Shown here one piece after another: positions 11,667-25,400 of a DNA stretch of 64,000 nt. Position 1 is the stretch's first letter; the number at the start of each line of letters is the position of its first letter. This stretch comes from Tricharina praecox. Lineage: Eukaryota. The DNA lies in contig NW_026250408.1 in NCBI RefSeq assembly GCF_024521635.1, positions 744,001-808,000 on the forward strand. The letters are read 5' to 3'. A program made the translations under genes and the position numbers. Below the pieces are notes generated by a model, which was given only the letters and a program-made list of their open reading frames with translations, was not told where the DNA came from and did no database searches.

Positions 11667-14014
11667 TCAAGCAACGGGCAACCCCTCGATTACGCCCTGC
11701 TCCTCATTCAGCGGACCCGTACCCACGCGATACGACGCCTTCCAGCGCATCTTGACCGCGTTCCCGCCGCCCAGAGGCGCGCCGGCCACCCGTATGATCT
11801 GCGTGATGCCGCCCTTCTGGTGCGGCTGGAGGAAGCGGCCGCTTTGTGGTTCCATCTTGAGGGAGTATGCCTGGTTTTTTTCGGGTTAGCTGTGATTCGG
11901 CGACGGGGGAAGAGGTTGCACGCACCTTCGTGACGGCCATCTGGAAGGTCATGTCTTGGAGGGGTTGGCTGGCGTTGTTGGAGAATGTAGCTTTTAGTAA
12001 TATGGGCCCGTCGGGTATGGGGCGGTGGACTTCGGTGACGACTCGCAGGTTCGAATCCATAACTAGTATCTCGTTGGGCTTCAGCCCGGAACCCGAGGGT
12101 AACGCCGACGTGAACGCCCAATCGTCGTCATCGTTGCTCGGTTGAGTGGCTGCCGGCGTTGGCGTTGGCGCGCTGCTTTGCTGGGGCAACCGAGGACTCG
12201 CGAGAGACCCGAAGATGGCGGAGTAATCTGGTGCTAGAGCTTGGGGTTGGGGTGAAGGAGAGGGTGACAGTCCATGCTGCTGGCCAGCGGTGCTGGTCTG
12301 GATGGTCGACGACAATAATGGCGGTCCCGGGATATCTGGTTTCTCTTTAGCTCACTGCTCGTTTATTTCCGGAGTGAATTCATACTGGTGTTGGCACCGA
12401 ACCCGAGCGCTATTCCGCCACCATTCCCGATCGATCCGTTGGGATCGTCTATTGACAATCCCAGCAGATCATCTTGCAGAGAGCTGCCACCCGTAGATCT
12501 AGGAGCGGATGATGATGAACCGTTCGTTTCCATATCTCCACCCAAGTCGATCAAAGAATCTTCGACCACCGGTGCCGGCGCAGGTTTAGCCGTGCCGGAG
12601 GATGTTGGGTGTGGTGCCACGGTTGGCAATGCTCTTGCTGCGTTGATGTCACCCTTCTTGATCAGGGTGTACTTCTCGACTATGGTGTTGATGATGTCGT
12701 TCAATTCCAACAGTTTCACGACAGCTTCGACGTCGTCGCTCTCCTCTTCGACCATCTTTTGGATCTTCGGCTGTGCGGTGATCAGAGCGTTCGCGAGTTC
12801 CTGTTCCCAGTCAGGCTTAGAAACACACGATAGAGCACCATAGCGGATAACGACCTGAAAGGTATCTTGTTGCCCGATAGTCTCGCCTGGCTGGACTTTC
12901 GCCAACATCTCCTCCAAAAGCGCCGCCTTCTTCCGTAGCTTTCCGATTTCTTCGGCCGCTTTCGCTCGGTAATCCGTTCTCGAGGCCTGATCGTAGCCAG
13001 CCATGATCTTCATCAGGTGGTTTGCTTCTTGCAGGTCGGCCGGTGTCCCGCGTCGAATCAGCTCTTGGAGCTTCGCAGCATGCGCTTCCCGTTCTTCCTC
13101 CTCCATCTCCTCCGCCGATTTCAAAGTCTGCACCAATCAGCGAGCCACCCCCGATAGCGCTCTCCATTCGTCGGGGGATCCGTACATCACTCGGATTCAA
13201 CACAGCAGCATCCTCTCGCCTCACTTCCGGGAACGTGTAGCCCTTGTATGAGAGCAGCCTGTGCATGTCCCTGATGAAGCCGAGATCATCCTTGTACCGA
13301 CTGGTCATGCAGATCGTCTGTCGCCATTCCTCGATAGCTTCCAGGATCTTGAGCTGCACTCGGTTCGGCCTCGGCGGGGGCCTCTCGGGAAAGCGTCGGA
13401 CCAGCTCGTTCAAAAAGTCTTTGGTAGATATTTGCAGGTGGAATGCGTAGCCACAGTTCTTAACACATATATCCAACAGCTATACGGGCCTAGAGATTAG
13501 AATCCCGCTCGGCTGTTCCCCCCCCCCTCCCTCCAACCCCACCCATCCATCCATCACAAGGGGGTCGGAGACCTACATTCAGGGCAAGGAGCGAAACGTT
13601 CGGGTTTCGATGGTTGATGTAGTTGACGATGGTAATAGCAGCCTCGCGAGGTCTAGACGGGTTACAAAACGCCACGCAATCAATCCCAAGCTCTCTCTCT
13701 TCGGGCAGCGACAACAAGTCTGTAGTGCTGAGGTGACCCTTACGCTGTTCCTTTCTTCTGGTTGATCAGGTCGCTGATCTCGAGGTTCAGGGCGAGGTTC
13801 GGTTCGAAATTACTCGGATCGCACGCATTACCTGCATTTCCGAAGTACACCCAGTTAGCGATCCGGGCTGTTCATGCTCCTCGAGATGATGCGGGAGGGG
13901 GAGGGAGGTTGCGGCGTGTGTGTGCTACAGCTGCTGCATACGTATGAATCTCTTGAGAGTAGACTCTCCCGGGTCATTAGGAGGCCACGCGCCGAAGCGG
14001 TCTCTCGCGGCCAT
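11667..14014 (-). CDS. GGA2: GGA clathrin adaptor (VHS-GAT-GAE domains)
   Basis: Multi-exon. VHS: NACDPSNFEPNLALNLEISDLINQKKG and DICVKNCGYAFHLQISTKDFLNELVRRFPERPP. GAT: AKLQELIRRGTPADLQEANHLMKIMAGY. GAE: FQMAVTK..MEPQSG..VKMRWKASY. Stop at 11667. First ATG 14014; possible CUG start at 14035. Confidence 0.93.
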
Positions 14015-15357
14015 CCTCGTCGATGCGTATTCCAGCTTTGGGGGAAGCGGAGGCGTGATGAAGAGCTGCTGCTGCTACTGCTGCTGCTGCTGCTGCCGGA
14101 GGGCGAAGGTCGTGTATGTAGCGGGGCTATCAATGTCGATTTCGCGGCGGTGGGGGGTTGATGAAGGAGATGCGTACGCAACCTGGAAGATGATTGCGGG
14201 GATGGCCGGTGAGCAAGGTGGTTTACTCTACAGATCTCTCCTTGGCGGTCACGGTGGATCAATCGCGCCGACTCGGTGTTGTGCAGGTGTTGCAGGTGGT
14301 AGTTGCAGCCCCACCCTCTGGAGCCTCGTCTTTAAATTTGCTTTTGCGACTCCTATCCGTAAGACACCAAGTCCTCCAAATGAGAAATTACGTACGCCCG
14401 TTGAGTTTGGTGGAAGCCATGTTCCTTCCATGCGGCCGAGGATGACAAAGGCCAGGAGCTGTAGAGTAGCTTAGCTGGAGCTCGGCGAAAGCTCCAACCG
14501 CATAGCCGCGACGAGTGCCTCCTCCGCAACACAGTATAAATTATGCGCAACCATCCGAAGTCACCCACGCCGATGCAGTCACGCACCAGAGTCTTGCAAC
14601 ATCAATTCACCAACCATGCGGCTGAAATGACAACGATCGGGTTATAGACTTGAACCGGAGCTACAAAGCTTCCATTTCATGTCCATGACGCCAACAGCAT
14701 CCACCCCGTAGCATCCCTACAACTGGAGTCCGAACACCATGGCCAGCCCCGCAAAGGAATGGAGTTCTAGCTCACCATACGAAGTTAAAACTCTAGGCCA
14801 CTATTCAAGAGACCCCCACCATCATAACTCAAAGCTTAGAGCTTGCCCAGAAGCTGAGGGGGGTGGTGTTGTGCCGAAGAACGGTGCCAGCAAAACGGCG
14901 GAGGAGTGATTCTCAAGAGAGAGGAGAATTCAAACTTGAAACGGGGACGGCTACCGGACACGACGGAGAGGACAGGAGAGCAAGAGACTCAAAGGCGGTG
15001 GATAGATAGCGGGCTTTGATCGATGGCAAGTAGTATGCAGACAGTTTCGTAGCAGTGCTACTAATTATATGTAGCATACTACAAAATAAAAGCCCATGGC
15101 CATGGCACATTGATTTCTTCTCCAGCATTACCACCAGTTCGAAATCCACAATGACCGAGTATGGTCATATGTACGAGTCGGAACTCATGGTGCAGCGCCC
15201 CCAGGTTTACGAGTAGATGTGATGTAGTATGTATGCCTCAGCTCAGCACGATTTACTCACGATTTCCATCTAGAGAACGTCCAAAAAACACAAAAACGGT
15301 GAGTAAGTAATCAGCGGCTTATCTACCACTCACTCGGCCTATCCAACCAGCTAAACA

Positions 15358-17965
15358 TCAGATGGGAGTAGTTTCCCTCTTAAGCCACTCCATAGCAATA
15401 GAACCCTCCTCAAGAAAGCCCTTCGTCTTCTCAAACACCTCTGCATGGTACTCGTTGAGCCACTTCTTCTCGGCGGGGGTAAGCAGACTCTCGTCCGTAA
15501 GCTTCTTGCACATGGGGACCATCGTGACGTGTTCGAACCCGTAGTAGCTGTTCATTCGAATATTAGTCAATTTGAACACCGAAAAACGAGTGGAGTGCAA
15601 AGCTTACGGCTTATCACCGAATTGGTGGTTCGTCTTGGCATCTTTGACCATTATCACGTCTGAATAGCATACGATGTTAATGAACGACAGTAGGGTGTGG
15701 AGAGGACGACGAACTCTCAATTCGGATACCGAAGTTTCCGTCCTCGTAGTAGCCGGGCTCGTCGGAGATGACCATGCCGGGGGCGAGTGGAACTTCAGAG
15801 TATTGGAGTCTAGTGCCGATTCCGATGGGGCCTTCGTGAACATTCTAGTATCCGTTGGGTCAGCATTGGACTCGAGCGATCAATCGCGGGAATGCATACC
15901 AAGAATGATCCAACACCATGGCCAGTGCCGTGGCGGTAGTCCAGGCCTTCAGCCCATAGGAACTGTCGGGCCAGGACATCCAACGCGAAACCACTAGTTC
16001 CTTTGGGGAAGATCACACGATCCAAAGCAACCATGCCCTTGAAGACCAAGGTGTAAGCTTTCTTCTCCATCTCCGTGGGTTCGCCGAAATGGAGGGTCCG
16101 CGTAGTGTCCGTGGTGCCGTCGAGGTACTGCGCTCCCGAGTCACAGAGGTACACAGATTTCGGGTCGACGACCGAGCACGCACCCGGTTCAGGCTTGTAG
16201 TGGATTACCGCCGCATTGGCGCCGGTGGAGGAGATGGTGTCGAATGACAGACCCATGAAGTTCTCACCCGTTTTCCGGATTTCCTCCAACTTGTCGGCGG
16301 CCTGGACTTCGTCGAGGACGGTGCCCTTGCCGAGCTCCTCTTCGAGCCAGGAGAAGTACTTGATCAGCGCTGCACCGTCACGGATGTGGCATTTTCGCAT
16401 TCCGCTGCGCTCCGTCTCGTTCTTGACTGCTTTGGCTTCTTCGATGGGGGATCGGACGACTTCTACGCAATCATCACCGCCTAGGGCTTTAGATAACGCC
16501 CATGATGCCTTGTTGGAGAGCAACCACTTCTTGGGGCTTTCCTTGGGCTCGGCGCTGGCAGTCTCCTCTTTGTGCTTTTGAACGAAGGCCGTTAGCTCGG
16601 TGAACACCGCCTCATATGGCCGGACCGTGACGGCATCACCGAGGTGCTCGAGTGCGGCGGGCGGAAGCTTCTTGGAGTCAATGTACAGGGTGGCAGTTGT
16701 CGGGGTGACGAACGCGTAGGCAAAGAACACCGGGTTGTAAGGGATACTTTGTGCGTCGTATCAGCTGTTGTGTCCCATAATCTGGAAAAGAGGTGTATAT
16801 ACTCGCTTCCTCTCAGGTTGTATAGCCAGGCGATCTCGTCGAGCATGCTTACAACGAATCCCGGGCTCTTCTTCTTCTCGAGTTCCTTCCGTACAGCATC
16901 GATCTTCTCTTGGAAAGGCTGGCCGGCGTACTGTACTGGAAGCACGATCACGGGATTGTTGGGACGCGCCGGTTTCTCTGCTCCCCATGTCTCGTCCACA
17001 AGGTTCTTGCTCAGACCAACCAATCCTGCGCCGCCCTTCTTCTTGATGCGACTCTCGAGGCTTTTTGCTTGCTCTATGGCTGCATGTTAGTGTATCCAGA
17101 AATATGACCCAACGCAACCGCCGCGGCGCGAGGAGGGAGATTCCAGGGAGCAGTACGAGCCGTGATGAGCGTAGCATCGACGCCTACTGACTTTCCACCG
17201 TCCGCCTGTTGAACAGCCCTATCGCCCATGCACCATCAGATATTCCATTGTGCTCCCTCGGAAACGGAGACCCCCGTACCATTCCTGCCACGTGGGAACA
17301 TCGGGCATCCCCTGCTTTAGCAGCTCCCAATTGCTGTCTAGCTGGTGCTCAGCTTGGTTGAAGTAACGGCCGTCGGTCGAGAGAACCGCCTTCTCCTTGG
17401 TGACAACCGCGCATCCCGCCGAACCAGTGAATCCCGTTAGGTAGGCTTTCAAAGTCGCGCAGATGTCAGTATTAATTCCATCGGGGGGGTTGTGGAGCAC
17501 AGTGAGTGGGGGGTTGTGGAGTAGGAGGGCGAGTCGGGGACGGACCTCTTCGAGCATCCGCGGCGCATATATACTCGCTGTTATGGGAGTCTTCGCTAGG
17601 CACAACTGTATGCGGAAAGTATGTGTCAGTGACCTGCAGGCGCAGCCCTATTATGTACTTGAGACGGGGCCGGGGATTAACGGACCATAGACATCGACCT
17701 TCTCTCTGTTCATCAAGCTGCGGAGCGCCGCGAGCCTGTCGGTAGTGTTAACGGTCACCATTTCGGGGGACGGCGGCGACGACGATTTCGGCGGCGGATT
17801 CAGGAGAGACGAGATTAGACGCGTGTGGGATGGTGAAAAATGACTGAAGACGGTGGTTCCGGTGGTGGTGGTGCTGGCCAATTTGTGGCGGTAGGTTGCA
17901 GCGATAGAGCTTCGTGAAGTACAGAGGAATAATCGCGGGGCAACCCCGCAGAGCAACGACGACAT
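15358..17965 (-). CDS. Xaa-Pro aminopeptidase P (peptidase M24B; AMPP/Fra1-like)
   Basis: Multi-exon. Motifs [85 protein letters not shown] and [15 protein letters not shown]. Two in-frame ATGs (17965 and 17761). Confidence 0.95.
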
Positions 17966-20768
17966 TCGCTAGGAAGCTATGCTTGCTTGCTACCGCTGTT
18001 ATGACTAGGAATTTTCTATCTGTACAACTCCAAATGACCTGTCTTTTTTTTTCTTCTCTTAACACATTTATTTTTTTTCGCATCCGCGTTTCTCGATTGT
18101 ATCGAAGGGGAAGACAACGACGATAGCAATAGCAGCGCCTCTATAACAAGGAGTCTCGAGGTCAAGGCGGCATTGAAGTTTTTGACTGGGTGGGGGGTGT
18201 GGGGGTGTGGGGGGGATTCTCGAAGCCACGGCGAGCATGAGTGAATTGAAGCAATGGACGGAAAGGGTACGCACAGTTATGGTATGTAGGAGGGGTGCTT
18301 AGGACCTGGGAACAAGTAGAGTACGGACTTCACTTGAAACTAAACGGCAATTCTCCGATCGCGGTGGGTATAAAGGAGCTTGAGCTGGTAGAGTTCAATG
18401 TGGACGCACTTCGGGCATGCAGAGATCTTCCATCGTTTTCTCGGCCTCTTGGCAGCGTTTTGCACGGATCCCTAGACGCCATTGCCGCTTCCGCGCGGAT
18501 CACAGGTGCCCCCCTCATCAATGCTAGGAAGAGCGTCGAACTGTTGTCTAGACGTGTCATTGGTTCTTCGGCATGCAAATCACGGCTTACACGACACCAT
18601 ATTTCGATGCATGAGCTCCATCCTCAATGGCCATGACGATTCGTCGGCGTGTCCGGTGAACACGTCGCTGACGCGGCCAAGGGAAACTTACCGGCGAGGC
18701 CGAATTGGAATATTCTAATGTCCGGCTTCTACGGGTTCCTTTTGGCTCGGTCCTGATCTCGATCTGGAATGTAAGATGGCATCTGAGCTCTTCGTGGACG
18801 GATGCCTGCCCATCAATAGACTTTGGATAGTGGTCGTCTTCGGAAGGACGATTCTGTGTGGTTCGTGTAAGGCCAGTCAGCGAAGAGGAGCCGCCTTATT
18901 ATTAGGATATCAATGGCCAGATACCCGGAGCACCTCAATCGGATCGACTGCTGTCATGAGCTGTTCCGCTAATCCCAGTGGAAGCTCTACAGGAAGGCCC
19001 ACTTTGCGATGAACCGTATTTAAACTTTCCGGCAGTTATATGTAGGATTGCGCAAAGATTGGTATCTGGAAGGGGAAGGCCGTTAAGTATGGAAATCACC
19101 AAACATACGCTCTTGCGATTGCGGGTGTTAGAACAGGTACATACATCTAATGTATGTACACAGCCGATACGGTTTACTTCCCGAGTAATGAGATGTAAAC
19201 GAATCATTTCCCATGCAAAGTATGCTTCGTATGCACCCACCCTCAGTCGTGGCTTTCCCGTCACCCGGCTCTAACACGATTCACCAGTTGCGCGATGCGG
19301 AGCGATACTCGAACAGATGTCGCAGTAGAAAAGATCGCGCTACTATGAACTTCTGCCTTCCCTTCCGAGTGATATCTCACGCGGCCCCTCCCTCACGTGA
19401 ATGCCGCCCCAATTAGAACCCTAACCCGCCCGACGCTTATCATTGGCGCCGGGGTTCAGTGTCGCGTGGTCGCCTGGACTCGCCTTCTTCAGGGTCTAGA
19501 TTTGGCATCGAAACATGATTGGTGCGTCATGTTTCCAACTGTGCTGCCCCGGTCGGCACTTAGGCCGAAGATGAGACACCACGACAACAGAAACCTGACT
19601 TCATATAGAGTACCGTAGAGTAGATTGATTGACTGATTTCATTGCGCGTTCGTATTGATTGGGATCTCGGGCGGGGAAGGGGAAGCAAAGGGAGGAGTGT
19701 CGTGTCGACATGTGCTTTCGGAATTGAGGTTCTCTACAGCTTCAGGCCCCGGATTACCTATAGTACCTATACCCAGTACTATAGTGGCGGCGAAAGAATG
19801 GGGCGAGAAGGAAGGAAGAACGAGGGGAAGAAAGGAAGGATTCGGGAATCGCGATGGATATCATCGGCAGCTTTCACTATAGCAGTGGTCGCACAGCGAT
19901 GATGATGCTGTCCATCATGCTGGCGGTAATGGAACACAGCACGACGGACTGCCCTTCTCTCGAAACCACCGCCGCCGCCGACACCAGCACGCACAAACAC
20001 CAGCACCACCACCACCAGCAGCACCACCACCGCTACCGATACCCACCATCACCAAGCCGACTCTACACCACCTCTCCTGCCCGTCTCACCTCTCCACCTC
20101 CCACCACCTCTCCACCTCCTCCTCCCCACTCATGATGTGTTTGCTGGCACGGAAAGTATTCTAAGCCGCGGTTGATATGCATTGACTTGATTATTGCATG
20201 GCAAATTGAGTGATTGATTGTACGTTGGCAAAATACTTTCCCCTACCCACCTACCTATCGCAATTGCATTTTGCGGAACAGGACGGTCCCTCCGCCATCG
20301 GTCCACGCCTCCCCCCTCTCCCTCCCTCGAGCAAGTCTGCGCGGTCAGTTTGCACCTAGAACCCACCACCTCCAACTCGCGGCGTCGGCGTCGTCGCATA
20401 AACTCGAACTCGATCAAACAAACAGTTTCTGACACCTAATTCTTGCTCGATCCTTCTTGCCCCCCCGCCTCTCCCGCGATCGCTCGTCGCTTCCGCCCGT
20501 CACACTCGCCGCCCCCTTTCATTCAGACGCACCCGGAACCATACGCATCATCCGAAAGGAAAAAAAAAAGTCAAAACGATAAACCGGTTTAAACGATATA
20601 CTCTCGTACGCAAGTTCCAGTACCCCCGACCCCATCCCAGGAAGGGAGCGACATTGCGGAATCCGATTTGGGCTGGTTTGCCCGCTTGCTCTGCTCTGTA
20701 AGCAAGGCTGCATAGCAGCACTACGTGCCTACCAAGCAACCGTACCTGGTGATTGTCGGGATTGCAAC

Positions 20769-22454
20769 ATGGATTTTATCGTGAGCACCAAACTGCCTTC
20801 TTCACCGTAGATATGTATCTACTACATACCCACGGCATCGTACGTGTGTGGAGAGAGAGAGCAGCAGCGCTAACCAACTGCTCCGTTTCGCTTGCATATG
20901 CAGATTGGCCTTGCCCACTGGTGTGAACTTCACGGTCCGACGTCTATACTCTGTACCCAGATCATCCCGCCTGCGTGCGGCGAGTGTAACCCGCCACGAA
21001 GCAATATCACTCGATCGCCCAGCACACCGCAGTTGACGGGCGGTCCTACGCCGCCACAATCCTCCCATGGCAATGCCAGGCCCAATACCACCGCGAATAC
21101 TCCCGTCAACAGCCCAACCCCGAGGCCTGCTGCGACGACAACGGCCGCTGCCGCCGCCGCTGCCACGGCGCATATAAGTCACTTGGGCAGCAATGCTGCG
21201 GCATTTTCGCGACTTCCCTCGCCGTCAGAGACACCGCCAGCCTCTCCCAGAAGTCCTGTGATGGTCCCCGCGTCCACCGCCTTTGCTGGTGGCAGCACCC
21301 CAGAGTTGTGTAGGAACTGTACTATGACCCTCCCAAAGAAGTTCGAGGACGAGGGAAATAGAGAAAGTTCAACTGGAAGGGGAATATCTCCCCCGGGAAG
21401 ACCATTGAGAACAACCGAGACGGTGGTCATTAGCGGCGGCGGTCCGGTCGCGGCAAAAGGGGATGGTGAAAGGTCTGGCAGAAGTCAACCGCAGTCTTCA
21501 CCTCAGGTCCAGGCACAGTTCAGCTCGGCGACTCAGTCCCTCACCACGCACACGCACACGGTTACATACCTCTCGAGTCGATCGCCGGCGCAGGCTTCAC
21601 GATATTCGCAAGTCCGCCAGGCATGCATCCGGTCCCTCTCCTGCGAACTGGTCCCTGCCCAGACCGGCCCCATACTGTTTGGCGACCAGCAAACGGGTTA
21701 CACCATCGCTGTCGTCTTCAAACTGTCAGATAGCAAATCACGGGGTGGTCGACGGACGTACGCTTTGCTGTGCATGTCGATGAATCAAAAGTCACTCATG
21801 CAGTCTTGGAACGTCATTTCATCGGTCTTCCAGAGCCTAGTCCACGAGATACAGCTTGCTGCAGTGGAGAAGGCGGCCAGAGACGCCCACGGCACGTCCA
21901 CGTCTTCAGCTGGTACGTCACTGCCGTCCGTGGGATCCCGTGGGCCAGAGAGCTTCCTGCGGAGACGTGCGCCTGGCGACGGATCCAGCGCTAGGAGTTT
22001 AGCAGATTTGATTGGCAACGACCACTTCTTTGTTAATATACACTCCGCTTTTGTCCGTTTGCTGGCGGGACTTTCGAAGATATACGGCTATGGGTCGGCC
22101 CCTCGGGAGATTGCAGCGGAGATGGCACCACTCTCGATTGGGCCAGCTGCCTCCTCGGATGGTCGCTGTCGAGCAGGTAGTGTCAGTTCCACTTCTGCCG
22201 GTGGTGCGGGGGACCAAGATAAGCAGAAACAGCGCCCGCAGCAGCAACATCAGAGAACGTCACCGCTCATGTCCGCGTCACAGACTAATACAACCACCAC
22301 CCCCCCCTTGCAAGACCCAATGATACCCAGCACAACATGCAGTCGCCAACCCCCGTCAATATTACTCGGACGCCCACACCTCTCCCGGCCCCAGCAGCAG
22401 CACCAGCAGCAGCAGCGACTGTCCCCGCTACTGCCGCCAGCGATGCAACCGTAA
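20769..22454 (+). CDS. LST7: Folliculin / Lst7-like protein (Rag/Gtr GAP subunit)
   Basis: A 12-nt first exon 20769-20780 (MDFI) and intron 20781-20903 give MDFIIGLAHWCELHGPTSILCTQ. Later CRNC, YSQVRQACIRSLSCE, GPILFGD..GYTIAVVFKLSDSKSRGGRRTYAL and ARSLADL. Confidence 0.88.
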
Positions 22455-25400
22455 AACCCTTCGCTGGAAAGCGCGATATCTGCCTCCCTCCTCCGCCGCG
22501 TCAATTGTTTGAGCAGGAGAGCAGGTGCCACGATCCATGGGAATATGATAACAGCAACTCGATAGTGGATCCCCGAGCGTTAATCGACACCCACGCACAT
22601 CGGTTGGACGAGTGGATCGTTCTTATTTTTACATTTCCCTCCGATGCTGTGGGATCGGGGACAGCGGAGGAGCGGAGATAGCCTGTATGTGTGTGCGCTT
22701 TCCCTTTTGTTTCAACATCCTAATTAGAGTTTTTTCCCTTTACCTTTATCACGACTGCGTGCTTTCTATTCATGCGACGATTGGAGAGCTTATCCCGTGT
22801 GTGGGTGTCTGTGTGTGTGTGTTCCATGCAAACTGCCTTGCATGTTTGGGAGAGCTATATGCTTGGGTACCATACGGCTAGCTGCCGGATTGCGTTTCAG
22901 TTCATACTCCCCAACGGTTGCCTGTCCTTTTTTTTTCCTCCGGAAATCTATTATTGTTCCTGTCTTTCTTTTCTTTTCTTTCCTTTCTTGGGGCGATATC
23001 TGTTCTCCTGGGTGGCCCTAGTGCCGCCTTCTTGCGCTATTCATTCATTCATCGTCTTTAGTTTGGTTCGGGGCCATCTTGTCCGATTCTTTTTTTCCAT
23101 TCACGTTACTTCTCATAGGATTGGGGGCGGCGGGGGGTACTTTTCATTGTTATAGTCGTTTTTTGCGTTACTCCACATAGACGGGGGATATAGACCGGGC
23201 GTACCATTATTCTGCGTTGCTTTATTTATTATGGGATTTGTTTTGTTATTGTTTTTGTTCAATTGATATTCTTTTGCATTGTTGCTCCTGATCCTGCTCC
23301 TGCTGCTCCTCGCCTCCTCCCCGCGATCCTGTGCCGCGTACGCTCTATGGGTATGGCATGGCATGGTAACTATGGGTAACTATGGTGTGCGTTGCGTTGT
23401 GTTGTATTCTGTGTGCATCAAGTATCAGATATCAGATGGTAAGGTAAAAGGGTGAATCGAGATGGAAGCTTTTCATTCGAGCGAGGATCTGCAAAACATG
23501 AGATATCACCAGTATGTAGGCAGGTATCATATGTAGCACCCATGGTACTGTACTGGTACACTTGAGATCTGAAATGTTTTCCCTTCGCTCCCACACACAC
23601 ACATCCACACATACACACTCACGCCCACGCACGCATACACGTCCGTGCGGGGAATTATGGGATTTCCTGGGAGGAGGAGGAGGGGGGAATTTTCCTCCCC
23701 CGAGCGAGCGAAGGGGAAGGGGGGGATGGAACTGCCATTCCTTTCGTTGCATTGCTTTTTCGATTATTGCGCCGCGTGTGACTGGTGGCCGTGGTGGCCG
23801 TGGTAGTGGTTGAGGTGGTAGTGGGTGGTGGTTGTGGCCGGGAATTGGTCATAGTTACATACAAATCATACATACAGATGTTTTTTCCCCCGCGCGAGCT
23901 CACTTCTGCGGACGGATAAGAAGGATGTGAGATGTGCGAGGAAACCAGAGATGTGCATGGTGAGGGGGTGAGGGACGCGGAGACGGGAGGTTTTGGCCGG
24001 GAGATAATATTAGCTGTGTGTGTGTGAGGTATGGCGAGGACGAGGTGGTGGTGGACGGGGACGAGAAGCGGATTGTGCTGGTTGGTTTACTTGCTTGCTT
24101 GCTTGTGTGCGGGCGGGCGCCGCTGGACACTGGGCACTGGGCAAGACGTACGGTGATGTGAGCGAACAGGATCTTATAGTGCTCGTGATGTGATGTGATC
24201 TGATGTGGTGTGGTGTGCTAGTGGGTGGGGTGAATGGGTTTTGGTGTGTGAGCTGTGAGTTGACGTTATGGGTGGGTTTGGGGTTTGGGCTGGTCTGTGG
24301 AAGCACTGCGGTATGGGCTCTAGCTAGCTAGGGGAGCAGCACCGGCTGCCTGGGTGGGCGTAACTACTACTGAGGCAGGCGCCTGCGCTGGCTGTGTGTC
24401 CACCACGTTGATGCTATGTACCTTCTTACTTACCGCGTTGGGGTTGGGTGGGGGTGTGACCTGCAATGACTGGGTACCCGAGGCGTCTGGAGATGTATCG
24501 GAATTGGGCGCAGAAGCAGTGTTGACTTTTTTCCTTCACTCTAGGAAGGACGCGGACGCGGGCGAGAGTGGAGGTGGAGGTGGGAAGACGTCGTCGTTGT
24601 TGTTATCGTGTGTATGGATGTGTGGGATAGAGTAAGAGTAGTGGGCGTACGGATGTGATGTGTATTAGTTAGCTTGGCGAGTGGTATTACAGTGCGATTG
24701 ACGATGGGTGGTGAATCGAATCCGATGGAATGGTGATTTGTTCTAGTCAGCCACTTGAGGCTGAGGCGGGAAGTGGATGGTGGTTGATGCAGCTGTTTGC
24801 GGTTAATGATACTAGAGTAACTGTGGTAGCTCTGGTATATACCGTAATTCGCGATTGAGTGCTTAGCATCGGGACGTGAAGACAGCGCTGAGCGCGTGCG
24901 TACGTACGAATGGAGGTTGAAATGTGGCCTCGACGGTACTCTACTCTAAAGCAATGTTCGGCTCCGCACACCTCTCACGGCAACCCGCTTCGAGCCTCAC
25001 CGCTCTCCGCCTGTCAATCGGCAGCTAGCCGCCCGATAGATCTGGCAGACGCGGCTGCCACCAATGCCCGCAGCCGAAGCCGTAACGTAGCCGCAGTTCA
25101 ATCCTCAGGAACCATGGATGGATGGGGGGGGGGGTGATGAAATGATACATAGTCCTCCCCTACCCCCTTGAACAATCAGCACGGACGGCATGTCTGAGCC
25201 CTGCGTTATGTATGTAGCAGGCAGCATAGGCAAGATACCCGGGTGTTATCGATAAATCGATACATAGATGATTCATCATCAGGCGCATCGACGCACGTGG
25301 GTTGACGGACGGGCGCGAGCGCGGATATCGAATGCAGCCCGGATCCGGATCCCCGGAAAGGAGACGAGGCAAGGGAGCCGGGAGGGTGGGAAGGGTTCAG

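Noticed and set aside
18280..19620. Several 70-110 aa ORFs between aminopeptidase P and folliculin
   Set aside because: No recognisable motifs, codon bias or consistent splice model.
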